Assembly (NCBI GenBank): GCA_050084985.1 | Contig: JBITNC010000001.1 | Location: 15,934,001-15,998,000, forward strand | Length of the DNA stretch: 64,000 nucleotides | Reading direction: 5' to 3' | DNA from: Nageia nagi | Taxonomy: Eukaryota > Plantae > Pinophyta | Shown: positions 13,500-27,961 of the stretch, piece by piece | Layout of the letters: the number at the start of each line of letters is the position of its first letter | How positions within the stretch are numbered: position 1 is the first letter of the stretch | Translations under genes and position numbers: made by a program | The notes under the pieces: generated by a model | Databases searched by the model: none | Told to the model about the DNA's origin: nothing | What the model saw: the letters and a program-made list of their open reading frames with translations, nothing else

Positions 13500-14597
13500 T
13501 ATTTTTGGTGTAAGGTGTGAAATATCAACCTCTTCTTTTTCATCTTCACTTGATGAGATATCTTATTTATAAAAGAATTCATTGATATTCTTTGATCTAC
13601 ATTCTAAGCATACCTTCTAGTCCTCCTTCTCACAAATGAGAGCTTTATGAAGTCTTCCAAAATCTCTAATTCACTAAAGGACATCCATATTTATAAAATA
13701 ATAGGTTTCCATGTTAATTTCCATAATTTATTATCATTTTTTCTCTTCATGATAACTTGATTTCTCTAGTTCATTATAAGGAACAATGATGATCTCATCT
13801 CTAATACATAATCTAAATGGTTGTTCATCTTCTTAAATAGTATGAACTATATCCTCATATTCAAATTTTACATACCTATGAAGAGTGGAAGGAAATACTT
13901 CCATTATGTGGATCTATGATCTTCCAAGACTAATTTTATATGGTAGGTTCCCTTTCATTACAAAGAATTTTGAGTCAACAATCTTATGCCCTAGTTGAAA
14001 GGGTAGGTTTACAACTCTCATATACTATTTTACATATTGTTGAAGCTCATGATATTTATTGTAATGTTTGCAATTTTTGAAAGCCCCTTATCTTGAAAGC
14101 ACCTCAAGAAATATGGAGAACAATATTTAACATTGAATTTGTATCCATAAGATCTCTTTTAAAAGGAAGTCCAAAACATCATCACATAAACATATAAAGC
14201 AAGGGTTTTCTCTTTTGTATCCTTTGATGGTAGCTCATTATCATCAAACTTGATCATATTCACTTATCTAAAATAATCTAATATATTTCCAAAAATACTT
14301 GTTTCCAAGTTAATGTTAACAAGTTGAGTTTTTAAAGCATCAAATAAAGAAAGCCTATGCTTTTCTAAAATCATTAATAAATCATATAAAATTATTTTTA
14401 CATATGTTTGTTTTAATTATTCAATAATATTATAAGATATAAAAGTAAGAGAAGAAGATAATACCCTATTTATTTGATCTATAATAATATTAACAACACA
14501 TTTCTTCTAACTTTTCATGGAATATGCATAATCACCATCATGAATGGTTATATTTATTGTTGCAATTAAATTACTTGCATCATTTACTATTGTTGTA
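13500..14597 (-). pseudogene. Old Gypsy gag/protease fragment, left part of a host element that continues at 34009
   Basis: Minus strand PSTLHRYVKFEYEDIVHTI*EDEQPF (~13815-13895) and LYDLLMILEKHR (~14355-14395), matching motifs at 80-530. Confidence 0.6.
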
Positions 14598-16204
14598 TGT
14601 CATGGCCCACCTCATGGGACCATAGTATTGAGACACTTATGACTATATGTGGATGAATGTCTTATGAATAAGCTTGGTAGATGTTTGATAATTATGATTT
14701 TCATATGAGATTTTGCTTATCATGTCTAGAATCTACAATCATGTATACAATATAAATGTATGTACATGTACTACTTTAGCTTTTTGTTTTGCAGGGTATA
14801 GGTTTATGCAAGTGATCATCTTTCATGATGAACATGAACTTCATGCTCAAATAACTAAATGTGGAGGTAAAATTATACAATTTTCTTACTTGCATTTCTC
14901 ATCTTTTCATTTCATAAATGTTATTCTTGCATCAAGAGGTCTCCACCATTTTCTAGAAATAGATCATCAAAAAATATTGCATGATATGGAGCATTTTTAA
15001 TATTTAAATCATCATTTGTACATTTTTCATTTAAATATACCCTCACATTAAATTAATAGAACCTTTGATGCAGTGTGTGTATCTTTAATTAGAAATTAAT
15101 TATTATCAAGTTTATAAAATAATTATATTATGTAAGCTTTGTATATGACCTCGTATACACCCATTACTATGTTTTAATAATAATAATAAAAGGAAGGCAT
15201 TAATAAGATAATAAAAATAAATGGTGGGTAATATTAAGGTTTGCATATAATAAAAAAAGTATATTAATAAGACTTAATGGGTACTATAAAACTTGCACTC
15301 ATATTTAAATTAAGGGGGCTTGATGTTAGTGTAAAGATATTAAAAAAGGAAAAAATAATTAATGAGCATGATTAAATAAATTAATCAAAAAAATAACATG
15401 CCAAGTATTCATGGTGTTGGGTTTAAATTTGGCAACCTCCATAACACATTTTAATGAGTAAAGGGAATGTTGGGCAGCCATAACATATCACATAAAATAT
15501 TTGCAAATTGCAGAATGTTGCCCATGGAAAGAAAAGGCACATGTTATCTTTTAGAGTTGGTTTCTCCTTACACATCATACCTTAAGGAATATTTTCCATT
15601 TGAAATTTGTGAGATTTTGGATGTATTAGGTGGTGTTTTGGCTTCCTTTAATGGCAAAATCTGATCATGATCAAAGAATAAAAGCTTCAAATTGGAAGAA
15701 AGGGAAAATAATTCTCCTTGCATTTACTTTGAGCAAAGATTCATAATTGGAGATATTAAATTTCAAGATGCTTGTTCCAAGGTTTTACATAGTACAATTT
15801 AGGAGTGCATTACCTATCCAAGGAGGAGAGCAAAGAGAGAGAAAAATAAGGGTAGAGATATCCATAAGGAAATATGGGCCATCAAATTGTTGGATTCAAT
15901 CAATAAGTTGGGAGAGCTAGGGTACCAAGTAGTTTTACATCTTCCTATTTGGGTATGGAATAGAAGAAAGATGTAAGAGAAAAGAAGTTGAATTATATTT
16001 TATGAATTTTATTTATTATATAAAAATTGGGGAAATTTAGACAAAAGTTAAGAAGAAGGTTGTAGGAATTCATGAGTAGTATCTCAAATTTTTAACCAAA
16101 TTTATGGCCAAATAAGTCTCATTCTAAAATTTATTTATCTCTTTCTTCATGTAGGATTCTATTTTTTATATAGCGTTTATTGGGTCACTCATCCTATTGA
16201 TTTT

Positions 16205-19200
16205 TATTGGAAACTTAGCTCATTGTTTGAGGTTAAAGACTAAGTTTCCTAATTTTCTAGCTCTCTATTCATATGTGCAATGCACCTAGAAACCTTACAC
16301 TAGATGTAGTACACCTAGAAGCCTTTACAATAGGTGTGGTACACCTCAAACACTAGGCACAAGGCATATAGGATCAGATGCAATTCACCTCACTCCTTTG
16401 TACTAGGTGTAATGCACCTAAAAATAGAGCCTAATGGGCTATTAATAGCATATGCAAGACTGTGATTTTTCATCTCCTAGTTTAGACTAGTTGTTGCTAT
16501 TTTGTGTGCTAGTTTCACCTAGTTATATTTTAGCATGATAGGGTAAATTTCAGAATGTTTTAGTTTTCTTTTAGATTGGATTGTAAGAAGTTGTGATCAT
16601 GCAACTTGAGTTTATATTTAACATATCCATTTCTGGGTTTATCCAAAACCTATATATGTAATGATTTCATTTTTCAAATCAATGAAAGTAAAATAATTCT
16701 CATTATGGTATCAAAGCTTTAGGAAGATCTATTTGGTTAGAGTTAGTGGATGCAATTGCAAGAATATATTAAATTCTTATAATAGACCATGATCCATTAT
16801 TTTTTATTATGTTGAACAATATGGATACGAATAACAATAATCTACCCATATCAGAGTTCCATGGAGAGGATTATTTGTATTGGTCTATAAATATGAAGAT
16901 ATTACTCATTAGAAAGGGGATATGGCATATATTTAAGGATGATATAGTGATTTGGTTGACTAGAACACTCTCTAGACTAATGATAAGACTACTAAGAAGG
17001 AGGCTCAGAAGAAGAACTCCCTTTCACTCTATCATCTATATGTTGCCTTAAATAAGAGCATATTCCTAGGATTGCTTCATGCACTTATACCCAATATACA
17101 TGGAAAACACTCAAGGAGAGCTATCAAGGTAAAACCAAGTGAAACAAGTGAGGTTGCCAACCCTCAAGAGAGATTTTTAGAATATCAAGATGCAAACTAG
17201 TGAGATGGTGGGAGATTATTGTGTGAGACTCAAAGAATATATGGATAAGATGGAGACCCTTGGAGAAGAGATTTTGAATATGGATATAGCGAATAAAGTG
17301 TTGAGAAAACTTATTTCCAAGTGGAACCATGTATCAATCATAATTGAAGAGTCCAAAGATATATCAACTCTTACTTATGATCAACTCATAGTATCCTTAA
17401 TATCCCATGAAGAAAGACTCCAAGATTCTACAAAATTGCTAAGGTTTTTACAACAAAGTAAGCTAAAGCTACCAATGCATAAGTTAGAGGCCAAGGGAGA
17501 GGCCAATCATTTTCAAGAGAAAGAGGAAGAGGAAGGAGAGGAGTTTCTCAAGGAAGAGGTAGAGGTGGCTCAAATGGAGGGGGAGACAAGAACAATAAAT
17601 AAATTACTACTGTAATAAATTTGTGCACTATGAGAGGAGTGTAGAGAAAAGGTTACCCAAGAAGGAGTAAGTGCATCCCATTATGGAGATGAGAATGGGA
17701 CCTCACTAAAACTTAGATTCTAGATACTGGTACCTCTAATCACATAACCAAAAAAGAAGATTTGCTTGCTTGATCGGATAACTCTGTTCAAGTCCAAGAT
17801 AAATATTAGAGATGAAAATACATTGACCATGAAATGCATGGGAACTATGGAGGTAAACACCAAATAGGGCACCAAGAAGTTAAATAGCATCTACTACACT
17901 TCTAATCTCAAACATAATTTTCTAAGTTTGGGACAAATTATGGAGATGAACTATAAGCTTATTTTTGAATATGGAAAGTGTGTGATCTATGATAAGAATA
18001 ATGGTCATAGGCTAGTCACTACATTCCCAATCATAAAGAATAGATAATTTTCTCTCAAATTCAAAGGAGATTATTCCCAACTAGAAAATGTAGATATTGA
18101 GAACAAGAATTGGCTTTTGCATATGAGATATGACCATATAAGCTACCCAAGTTTGAAATTATTGACATCTCAAATGGTCCATGGGCTGCATAATTTTGAA
18201 GAAGAGAATATTATATGTGAGGATGTGCTTTGGGAAAGCACTTGTGTTTGAAGTTTATAATAGGCCAAGCATGGAGAGTTTCCTATCCCTTCCAATTGGT
18301 GCATTTTGATATTTTTGGCCCCATGCAAATACAAAGTATTGGTAATAATTCCTACTTCATTACTTTCATAGATGATTGCACAAGGATATGTTGGATTTAT
18401 TTCTAAATTCCAATGATTAGGATTTTGAATGTTTTAAAGACTTTAAAACCCATGTGGAAAAGTAGCAAAGTGAATGTGTTGTGAAGTTTTAAAGGAATTA
18501 TAGATGAGGAGAGTTTTTCTCCAATGAATTCCTTAATTTTTACAAAGATTGTGGAATAAATATGCAACTCACAACTTCCTATTCTCCATAATAAAATGGT
18601 GTAGTGGGGAGGAAGAATCAAACCATAGTGGATATGGAAAGGAGCTTGTTACAAAGAAAAAGTTTAAGCAATATGTACTATGGTAATGTAGTAAAGATTG
18701 TAATATACATCTTGAATAGTATTCCAAATTCAAGCTTGTATGACATCACACCTTATGAGGCATGGTATGGAAAAAAGCCTAATGTTAAGCATTTTAGAGT
18801 TTTTGTTTGTCTTACTTATGCTCACATTCTTGATGAAAATAGGATAAAGTTAAATCCCAAGCATCAATCATGTATGTTTCTTGGTTATTGTGAGAAAATA
18901 AAGGGATATAGATTGTATAATCCAAAAACATATAAGGTTGTCCTATCTAGAGATGAATTTTTGATGAAGGGAGTGAATGGGATCATCAAAAACTAATTAT
19001 TGATGATGGATCCAATAGAGATAACACCTCTAAAGTGCACCTTATTGATCATACCCAAAAGAAAGCTCTTCCATTCCAAGTCCTCCCAAGGTAGAAGAAG
19101 CAAAGAAAGGTAAAATAATACTTCAAGCACATCTATCCAATCAAATGTTGGATCAAAATTTCTCAAGGAGATTCATAAGGAGCTAAGCAAGTGAACTTGA

Positions 19201-21324
19201 TCAATTTATAAAAAGGTTTTAAAATTTGAATATGTATTATGATAAGGATGATCATGAGCCCAAAGGTGATGTAGTTAACTATGCACTATTAACTAGTATA
19301 TAAATTGAACCATCTAACTATGATCAAGCTTGCACTAATGATTTGTGGTTGAAGGCTATGAAGGAAGAGATTTATTCCATCAAAAAGAATGATACTTTGG
19401 AGCTTGTGGAGCTTCATAAATGAAAGAAATATCTTGGGTATAAATGATTCTATAAGACCAAATACAATGTAGATGGGAGTATTTAAGGACACAAAGCAAG
19501 GCTTGTGGCTAAGGGCTTCACCCAATGGTATGTCATAGACTATGAAGAAACCTTGCCACCTATAGATTAGTTTTTTCCTTGTCTACCCAAAAAGGTTGGC
19601 AAGTGAATCATATGGATGTAAAAAGCATATTCCTAATGGTTATTTGGATGAAGAGGTATATGTGCAACAACCTCAAGGATTTGAAGTAAAAGAGAGTTCA
19701 CATGTTGTGTACAAGTTAAACAAGGCCTTGTATAGCCTCAAGAAAGCTCCAAGAGCTTGGTATGCAAGGGTTTATGGTTAGTTCCATAAATATATTTTCA
19801 TAAGAAGAAAGAGTGAGTCTACTCTCTATGTCATGAAGAAAGGTAAAGATATTGTACTTGTGTATTTGTATGTGGATGATATTATCTATATGGATAGTTG
19901 TGCATAATTGAATGATGATTTCAAGGCCTCTATGATGCAAGAATTTGATATAAAGGATCTAGGACTAATGCAATACACTCTTGGTATGGAGGTAACTTAA
20001 GGCATTGATGAGATATTCATTTATAAATCCAAATATGCTCATGATATGTTGAAGTATGGTATGGATGAATGGCAACCACTATCAACTTCAATATCTCATG
20101 GCAAGATATTATGTGAAGATGATGGAACACCAAATCTTGATATGATTACATTTATAAGCTTAGTTGGGAGCTTGATGTTTCTCACCAATACTAGGCTTGA
20201 TATTTCCCATTATGTCTCACTTGTGTCAAGGTACATGATTGATCCTACTGAAGATCACATGAAGGAAACTAAGAGAATTATGAGGCATGTCAAAGGTATA
20301 TTAGATTTTGGCATATACTAATACAAGCATGATAAGATAAAATGTTAGGGATATAATGACTCTGATTGGAGAAGTAAATTGGATGATAGAAAATCTCTAG
20401 ATAATATTCTAGTCTTAGTTTAGGATTCATCTCATGGAGTTCAAAGAAGCAAACCATTATTTCTCTTTCATCTATAGGGGCTAAGTATATTATGATCACA
20501 AGTGCTAGTTCTTAAGCATTATGGTTGAGGAAAGTTTTGGAGGAACTTAATAAGATACAAAGTGATCCTATTGATGTTTTTGTGAAAACCAAAGTACCAT
20601 CCAATTGGCATATAATGCAGTACACCATAATAAATCTAAGCATTTTGATATGAAATATCACTTCATATGGGATATGGTGGAGAAGGACATCATGAAGCTA
20701 ATACATTGCAATACCATGGATAACATTGCATATATCTTCACCAAAGGAGTTGTTAAAACTTTATTTTTAAGCTGAGGAGCCTAGTTACTAAGTCCCCTCA
20801 GTGTCAAGTGGGAGAATATTAGAAACTTATCTCATTTCCAAGGTTTAGGATTGAGTTTCCCGCTCTCTATTCATAGGTGCAGTGTGCCTAGCAGCCTTTG
20901 TACTAGATGCAATATAACTATAATCCTTTGCACTAGGCACAATGTACCTCACTCCAAACATAGTGTGCCTAAGACATCAGGTGTAGTGCACCTAGAATCA
21001 TATGCAATGTACCTCACTACTTTGTACCATATTTAGTGCATGTAAAATTAGAGCTTGATGGGCTATTATTAGCATGTGTGAGACTACAATTTTTTGTCTC
21101 CTAGTTTAGATTAGTTGTTGCTATTTTGGATGCTAGTTTTGCCCAATTATCTTTTACCATGATAGTGTAAATTTAGAATATTTTAGTTTTCTTTTGGATT
21201 GGATTGTAACAAATTGTGATTGCAACTTTATCTTATACTTAACAAAGTCTATTTCTAGGTTTATCTAAAACCTATATATGTAATGATTTCATTTTTCAAA
21301 TCAATGAAAGTAGAATACTTCCCA
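16205..21324 (+). mobile_element. Full-length decayed Ty1/Copia (5.1 kb; LTRs 16205-16702 and 20817-21324)
   Basis: ~500 bp LTRs; PBS TGGTATCAAAGC at 16706; PPT CAAGTGGGAGAA. TSD ATTTT/ATTTA, with the empty site ATTTC visible at ~30390 in the sister LTR. Confidence 0.92.
16809..20790 (+). pseudogene. Copia gag-pol (gag, zinc knuckle, protease, integrase, RT, RNase H), disrupted
   Basis: LPISEFHGEDYLYWS; IEESKDISTLTYDQLIVSLISHEER; ILDTGTSNH; TPYEAWYGKKPNVKHFRVF; LNKALYSLKKAPRAWY; LYVDDI; VGSLMFLTNTRLDI; ISWSSKKQ. Confidence 0.92.
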
Positions 21325-24300
21325 ATTTACTCTTTACTTTAATTGTATTTTGGCATTCAAAAATCATGTAATAACAAAGTTAGAAATTAGAAATCCTGAG
21401 GGTTGTGTTCATGTTTGACAAACTAATATATTATGTTGCATTTTTATTTTTTAATATCTTGAGAGAACTCCTCTTCATATTACATTATTTTATTCATTTG
21501 AAATCAAGTATTAACTGAATGAAATATTATTCTAATAAAGGGAGAAATAGATAGTGATAATAATTCTTCCACACACCCCTTCACGAGTTTTAATCCTATG
21601 TATTAAGAAGCATTTATCATATCATTGTATCCTCAATTTGAAGAGGATATCATCATACAATTCACTATTCCTTTTTGTATGATGTATTGGTTATTACCAT
21701 GTTATCTTTGGAAGCATTATGCATATGATATATTTTGTATTATATACAGTAATAAAAGTTATCACTGATATAAGAAACACATTATAGATTGCATTATGGC
21801 CTCAAGAAGAAGGTCATTTTATAAATATTTATATTCTAGTATGCATTCAGTATACTATTTTTGTATACTACATGTTGAATTTATTATATCATTATTACAA
21901 CCTCCATTATGATTTCAATACATTACTATTATAGAATACATCTTGGTTTTAATACCATATTGTTATAAACTAAATTGCACTATTTTTACAAGTTGCATTT
22001 TAGTTTTTTATACTCAACTAGCTGCAAAGAAACTATGTATCTAATAAATTTGGATAAGTTTTCAATTGATAACTTGGTCATATTAATTGCATCAAAAAAA
22101 TGGCTAATGTTTTAGACTATAAAAATATCATTACATTTGCTATCATATTTTCAATTATTGTTATCATATTTTACTTATATGATTATGGTAGCATAACATA
22201 CAAATGCCATTTTGGAATATGGTATATATAGTTGCATGCTAATAAGTTGATTGCCATATTGCATAGTACCTCATTAGATATATATTTGCTTGGTGGTGCT
22301 AAAAGGTAAAGTGGATAGCTGAAATTATGCATGGATTATGTGTGTATATCATGAAGTTTTAGATAATACTACATCATTAATAGAATAGTGTTCATATTTC
22401 TTTAAATAAAATTATATTCCAATAGTCCAATAAAGGGATGGGAGAAAAAGGTAGATGACTATTCTAATTCATTTCATGACTAGATAATTCTAGTACTATT
22501 ATTTGAATGATAAAAAAACTTGTCATAAAACTTATAATCACTATACATTTGCTATGAATTTAGATCATCATTTGGCCTGAAGTAAGGTGGTTGAGATCAT
22601 GTATTTTGAGGAAGGTAATGATTGCATGTGAGAATGTTGTATTTGCATGAAGAGTGATCTCCAACAAGCTCTAGGGGGGTTAGTGTCAAAACAAAGAAAC
22701 CATACACTACCCCATTGGTTGGGAGACAACCATGTTGTCAAGGTGGAATGAGCTCTCTCAACCATTAAGCCCTCCTTGTTATATGGTAACTTAATTTGAT
22801 ATAAATCTTAAAATTAATTGATTGCAATGAAGATAGATCCTTGCATAATTTTATTATACTAACATTGAAATAATTATAGTATACACAATTGAATTATGGA
22901 CCCTTTAGTTGATGGAATCATGTAAGAATATGTTTTAGTTATTCAGATAAAAATAGTTATGTATGCTTACATGGGAAACCAATTTCAATATAAATGGGTA
23001 TGCAAGTTTGAGAATTGTTATGTTATGCCTCTTGTTGATATTTTTATGAATGATTACTTCAAATAAGGAAGTGGGATTCCAAGAAATGAATGAGTATCAT
23101 AAATTTGGATACATAGTGCAAATTTTGTGATAGCCCTAATTAATTACCTATTTATTTATGAGGCTATGTTATACTACCTTTTGGGTTTGCATATTATGTA
23201 TGAGTAGCATAATTTTGGATGCATAATACAAACTTTGTTAGCCTTGATTTATCACTTGCTTATATATGAGGCTATGTTTGCTAGGTTTGTAAACACCTGA
23301 TAGCAATAATCAGAAGAAGAGAACTACATAATATTATTTGTTATGATAAGATATTTATTTAGATTGTTAGTATTTTCATAAATGTGCAAATCTATCATGC
23401 TTCTGAGTTACATAATACCTAACATATAGAATGGGATAATATATGATTTATTATTTAATTACATAGATGCATTGTCTTATTAATTCCAAGGAATGGATAG
23501 AATCAAGTATTTGCATATGAGATGAAAGACTTTTTAATAAAATATATGGTTGATAATTAAGAGACAATTATAAATATTAAAAAATGATTTAACTCCTTCC
23601 TTCAATAGTTGTACATTTTAGATTATGGAGTTATCAAATAAAAGAATGTTTGTTTGGGATTAAACATAAGAAAAAAATATATTAGTAACTTTCAAATGTG
23701 AAGTACCACTTCCCTATACTTTGTGCCTACATTGTAAATTAGAAGAAAAAGGGGTAACACAAAATACATTGCTAGGAACAATTCAACTTTAAAACATATA
23801 TTCAAGTGAGAGCATAGGTAAAACCCTAAAATATAAGGTAAAGGTTGAGATTTATATATCTCCTCTTTCAGATAAAGGAATTTGGAGATTCTTTAAGGAT
23901 TTCCACAACCTTAGGTTTGTCTAAAACTAGGAATTACATCTATAGGTATAATCACAATTAATCAGGGAAGCATGCTTGAATTATACTTAAGGAAAAAACA
24001 CTCTAAAATTATAATGGACATAAGTGTGAGTGGTATATCCCTAAGAACTTATGGTGGATATAATTACAGGGAGTTAAGTCCCATAGGTGCTATGGTGTTC
24101 ATAGGGATGGTTAAGGTTTTTTGGAAGTCATTGATTAATGGTGAAAACTCTTGCAGTTCATGTCAACTCCATTGTATGGGAAATGGTTTAGATGTTATTA
24201 TTGTGTGAAATACAATTCATGGAATATATATTCTAATGTATTAGCTTTTGTTTGTAGCAATAAGATAGGAATGCATACATTGTAATCATTCTTAATATTC

Positions 24301-24341
24301 AAAAAAATAATTGGTCTTAGCTATAACATGGATGTAAAATT

Positions 24342-24354
24342 TGGTATCAGATCC
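24342..24354 (+). promoter_or_regulatory. PBS (initiator tRNA-Met)
   Basis: TGGTATCAGATCC directly after the LTR end. Confidence 0.8.
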
Positions 24355-25299
24355 TAGTTCAAACACTAGGGTCTAAAAACTTGGATAAATCTAAAATAAT
24401 GTTTTGTAGAGAGAAATCAAGGTTCATTTTAAGATACCTACCTAAAAAGTAACTTGGAAAATTTTGAGTGAATTAGATTCATAGTTGAGACAATTTTAAT
24501 ATAATATACAAAAATACAATAGTGAATTTGAAGTTGGAGAAAATGCAATATAGATTTTTTTGGAGCATTTTAAAAATTCATTTTTTTATGGTAGCAAACT
24601 TTTACTAGGTGTAGGGGTGGAAGCAAAATGTTTTTGGGTGTAGGGTCAGTAGCAGGTTGCTATTAGGTAGTAGTAGGTTGATTTCATAATGCTATCATAC
24701 ATTGTAATATAGCCCACTACCTCCATCGTGCATGACAAGTCATGGTACCACATGTAAATTATCTATAAATAAGGAATAAGTGACCCATTTTTTCATTCTA
24801 TCATTTTGTCCACCTATCCATAGCTATCTTTTTCTACAACTTTAGTCAAATATTATCTCTAGCCTATAGTAGGATGCCACATGGTCTACATTTTCAATAA
24901 ATAAGATATAGGTGGCACTTTTATATTATTTTATCCTGTTATAGTTATCATTTTCTTTGTTTTTTCCTACAATATTTTACTTTTATCCATAATTTTTAAC
25001 TTTTTACCAACATGTTTAACACTCCTACAAGATCTCATCCCTCATCATCTACCAACCATTGATTTTCATAAAGAAATTTATCATGCCCTAGTATTTTATC
25101 TTTTTTTACCCTACAATGTTACTTAGATTAGGTGGACCAAATAAGGTTTGTAGGCCTTATTTTTATGTCTTAATTTGAAATACTAGAAAAATGGTGATGT
25201 ATGACGTAGATTACACCCCTTACTATGCTGTTCATAGAGTAGCAAAATGAGGAAGAACCTCAAAGGGTAATATTTTTTGCCAAGAATGAAAAGGTACAT

Positions 25300-26425
25300 T
25301 ATTGAGTATGTCACAAAATGATTAAAATGTTAGAAGGTAAATGCTAACATATGTATCTAGAAGGTCAGATATACCTGCATGATGTAACCAACCAAAAATT
25401 GCTAGTTGTTAGCATGGATTTTATTATGGCTTACCAAAACCCAAATATCATCATGAGGACATATTCATAGTTATTTATAAATTTACCAAAGTTACACATT
25501 TCATGCCTATAAATATCACAAATGATGCCTACATGGTAGCCAATAGGTTTGTAAAAGAGGTATTTAATCTTCATGGATTTCTACAAACTATCATTTCCAA
25601 TAGAGACTCTAATATCACTTTTGAATTATGTAAATCCTTGTACGAAGCAATATGAACAAAATTGAACTTTGGTATAACCTATCATCCCCAAACTAGATGT
25701 CAAACTAAAAGGATTAACCAAGTATTAGAAGACATGTTGCACATGTGTTGTATGGACCAACAAACTTGATGGGAAGGTTATATATACTTAGTGGAATTCA
25801 CCTACAACAATGAGTATCATTATTCATTAGGTATGGTATCTTTTGAAGTCCTTTATGGTAGAAGATGCAAGATTCCAATATATTAGGATAACCTAGAGGA
25901 TAGATTCACTATTGGTCCAAAACTACTTATTGAAATGGAATCATAATTGGCTAAAATTTGAAAAAGGCTCAAAGAATCTATCAATAGGAAGAAGAGTTAT
26001 GTAAAGCTAAAATGGACTCCAAGAGATTTCAATTTTAATTATATGATTTTTCTATGAGTAAAATTAGGAAATAGTTCAATAAAATCATCCAAACTTATGG
26101 CAAGATTTGTTGGACCCTTCAAAATCCTGTAAAGGGTTAACCTTGTTGCATATTCAAACTATCACCCAATTTTTCCAAAATCCATAATTTTTTTCATGTA
26201 TTACTACTTAAGAAATATGTTATTGATCCAACTCATATTTATAGATTATGGATCCTACGGTGATCAAGATGAAACCAATACTAGTTTTGGAAACTTGGAC
26301 TGAAAAGCTACAAAAAAGAAATATTGAAAAATGTTTAGTACAATGGGATATGTACATTGATGAAAATTCTAGTTAGGAAGACTTAAAAATTATGAAAGAA
26401 TAATTTCCTTTTTTGTTTGAATAAG
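25300..26425 (+). pseudogene. Chromovirus integrase and chromodomain remnant (gag, PR, RT and RH absent)
   Basis: VSMDFI; FNLHGFLQTIISNRD; YHPQTRCQTKRINQVLEDML; LVEFTYNNEYH; RFVGPFKIL; CLVQWDMYIDENSS*ED. Confidence 0.85.
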
Positions 26426-27961
26426 TTATTAGAAACACACAGGAATGTGCTTGGTCCTAGTGGGGGTGGATGTCATGGCCCACCTCATGGGACCATAATC
26501 TTGAGACACCTATGACTATATGTGGATGAATGTCTTATGAATAAGCTTGGTATATGTTTGACAATGATGATTTTATTATGAGATTTTTCATATCATGTTT
26601 AGACTCTACAATCATGTATACAAATTAAGTGTATATATAAGTATTGGTTAAGGTTTTGTTTTGCATGTTATAGGTTCATGTGAGTGATCACCTTTTGAGA
26701 TAAACATGCACTTCATGCTCGAATGACCAAATGGGGTGGTAAAATTGTATCATGTTTCTTACTTGGATTTCTCATATTTTCATCTCATAAACATTACTCT
26801 TGCTTCAAGAGGTACCATTTCTAGCATTTACTAGAAATAGATAATCAATAAACATTGCATGATATAGAGCATTTTTAATATTTTAATATTTAAATCATAT
26901 TTGTGCATTTGCATACACCCTTGCACTAAAATAATAGAACATCCGATATGACGTGCATATATTGAATTAGAAATTAATTATTAGAGAAATAAAAAAAAGC
27001 ATATAAAACCATTCAAAGAAGTAAAAATAAGTTTACAAAATAATTATATTATGTAAGCTTCGTATATGACCTCATATACACCCATTAACATGTTTTAATA
27101 ATAAAAATAATAATAAAAGGAAGGCACTAATAATATAATTAAAATAAATGATAGGTAATATTGAGGTTTGAATACAATAAAAAATATATTAATAATATAC
27201 TTAATATGTATTATAGAATTTGCACATAATTTAAATTAAGGGGACTTGATGTTATTGTAATAGTGATTAATCAAATACTTAAAGAAATATATTAAAAAAA
27301 AAAGAAAAAATAATTAACAACCATGATTAAAGAAATTATTTGGCAAAATAACATGCCAAGTATTTGTGGTGTTGGGTTTAAATTTGCCAACCTCCATAGC
27401 ACATTTTAATAAGTAAAGGGAATGTTGGGTGGCTTTAGCATATCACATTAAACATTAAAAAATTGGAGAATATTTCACATGGAAAGAAAGGGCACATGTT
27501 ATCCTTTAAAGTAAGTTCCTCCTCACACATCATGAATTAAAGAATTTTTTCCATTCGAATGTTGGGAAATTTTGGATGTATTAGGTTGTGTTCTAGCTTC
27601 CTTTAATGGTAAAATCTAATTCAAAGTAAAGAATAAAAGATCCATATTAGAAGAAAGAGGAGAAAAGTCTCCTTGCATTTACTTTTAGCAGATATTTGGA
27701 TTTGGAGACATTAAATTTAGATATTCTTGTTCTAGAGTTTGGCATAGTGTAAATTTAGGAGTGCATTGCTTGTCCAAGGAGGATAGCAGAGAAAGAGAGA
27801 GAGAAAATAGGGGTAGATATATATAGAAGGAAATTTGGGGCATCAAATTATTGGATTCAATTAGTAAAGTTGGGAGAGCTATAGTACCAGGTAGTTTCAC
27901 CTCCTTCTATCTGGATATGGAATAGAAGAAATATGTAAGAAATAGGAAATTAGATTGTATT

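Larger units (their letters stand above)
14598..24339 (+). repeat. 5' LTR (~4.6 kb after removing the nested Copia)
   Basis: Colinear with 26471-34008 on both sides of the insertions. Confidence 0.9.
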
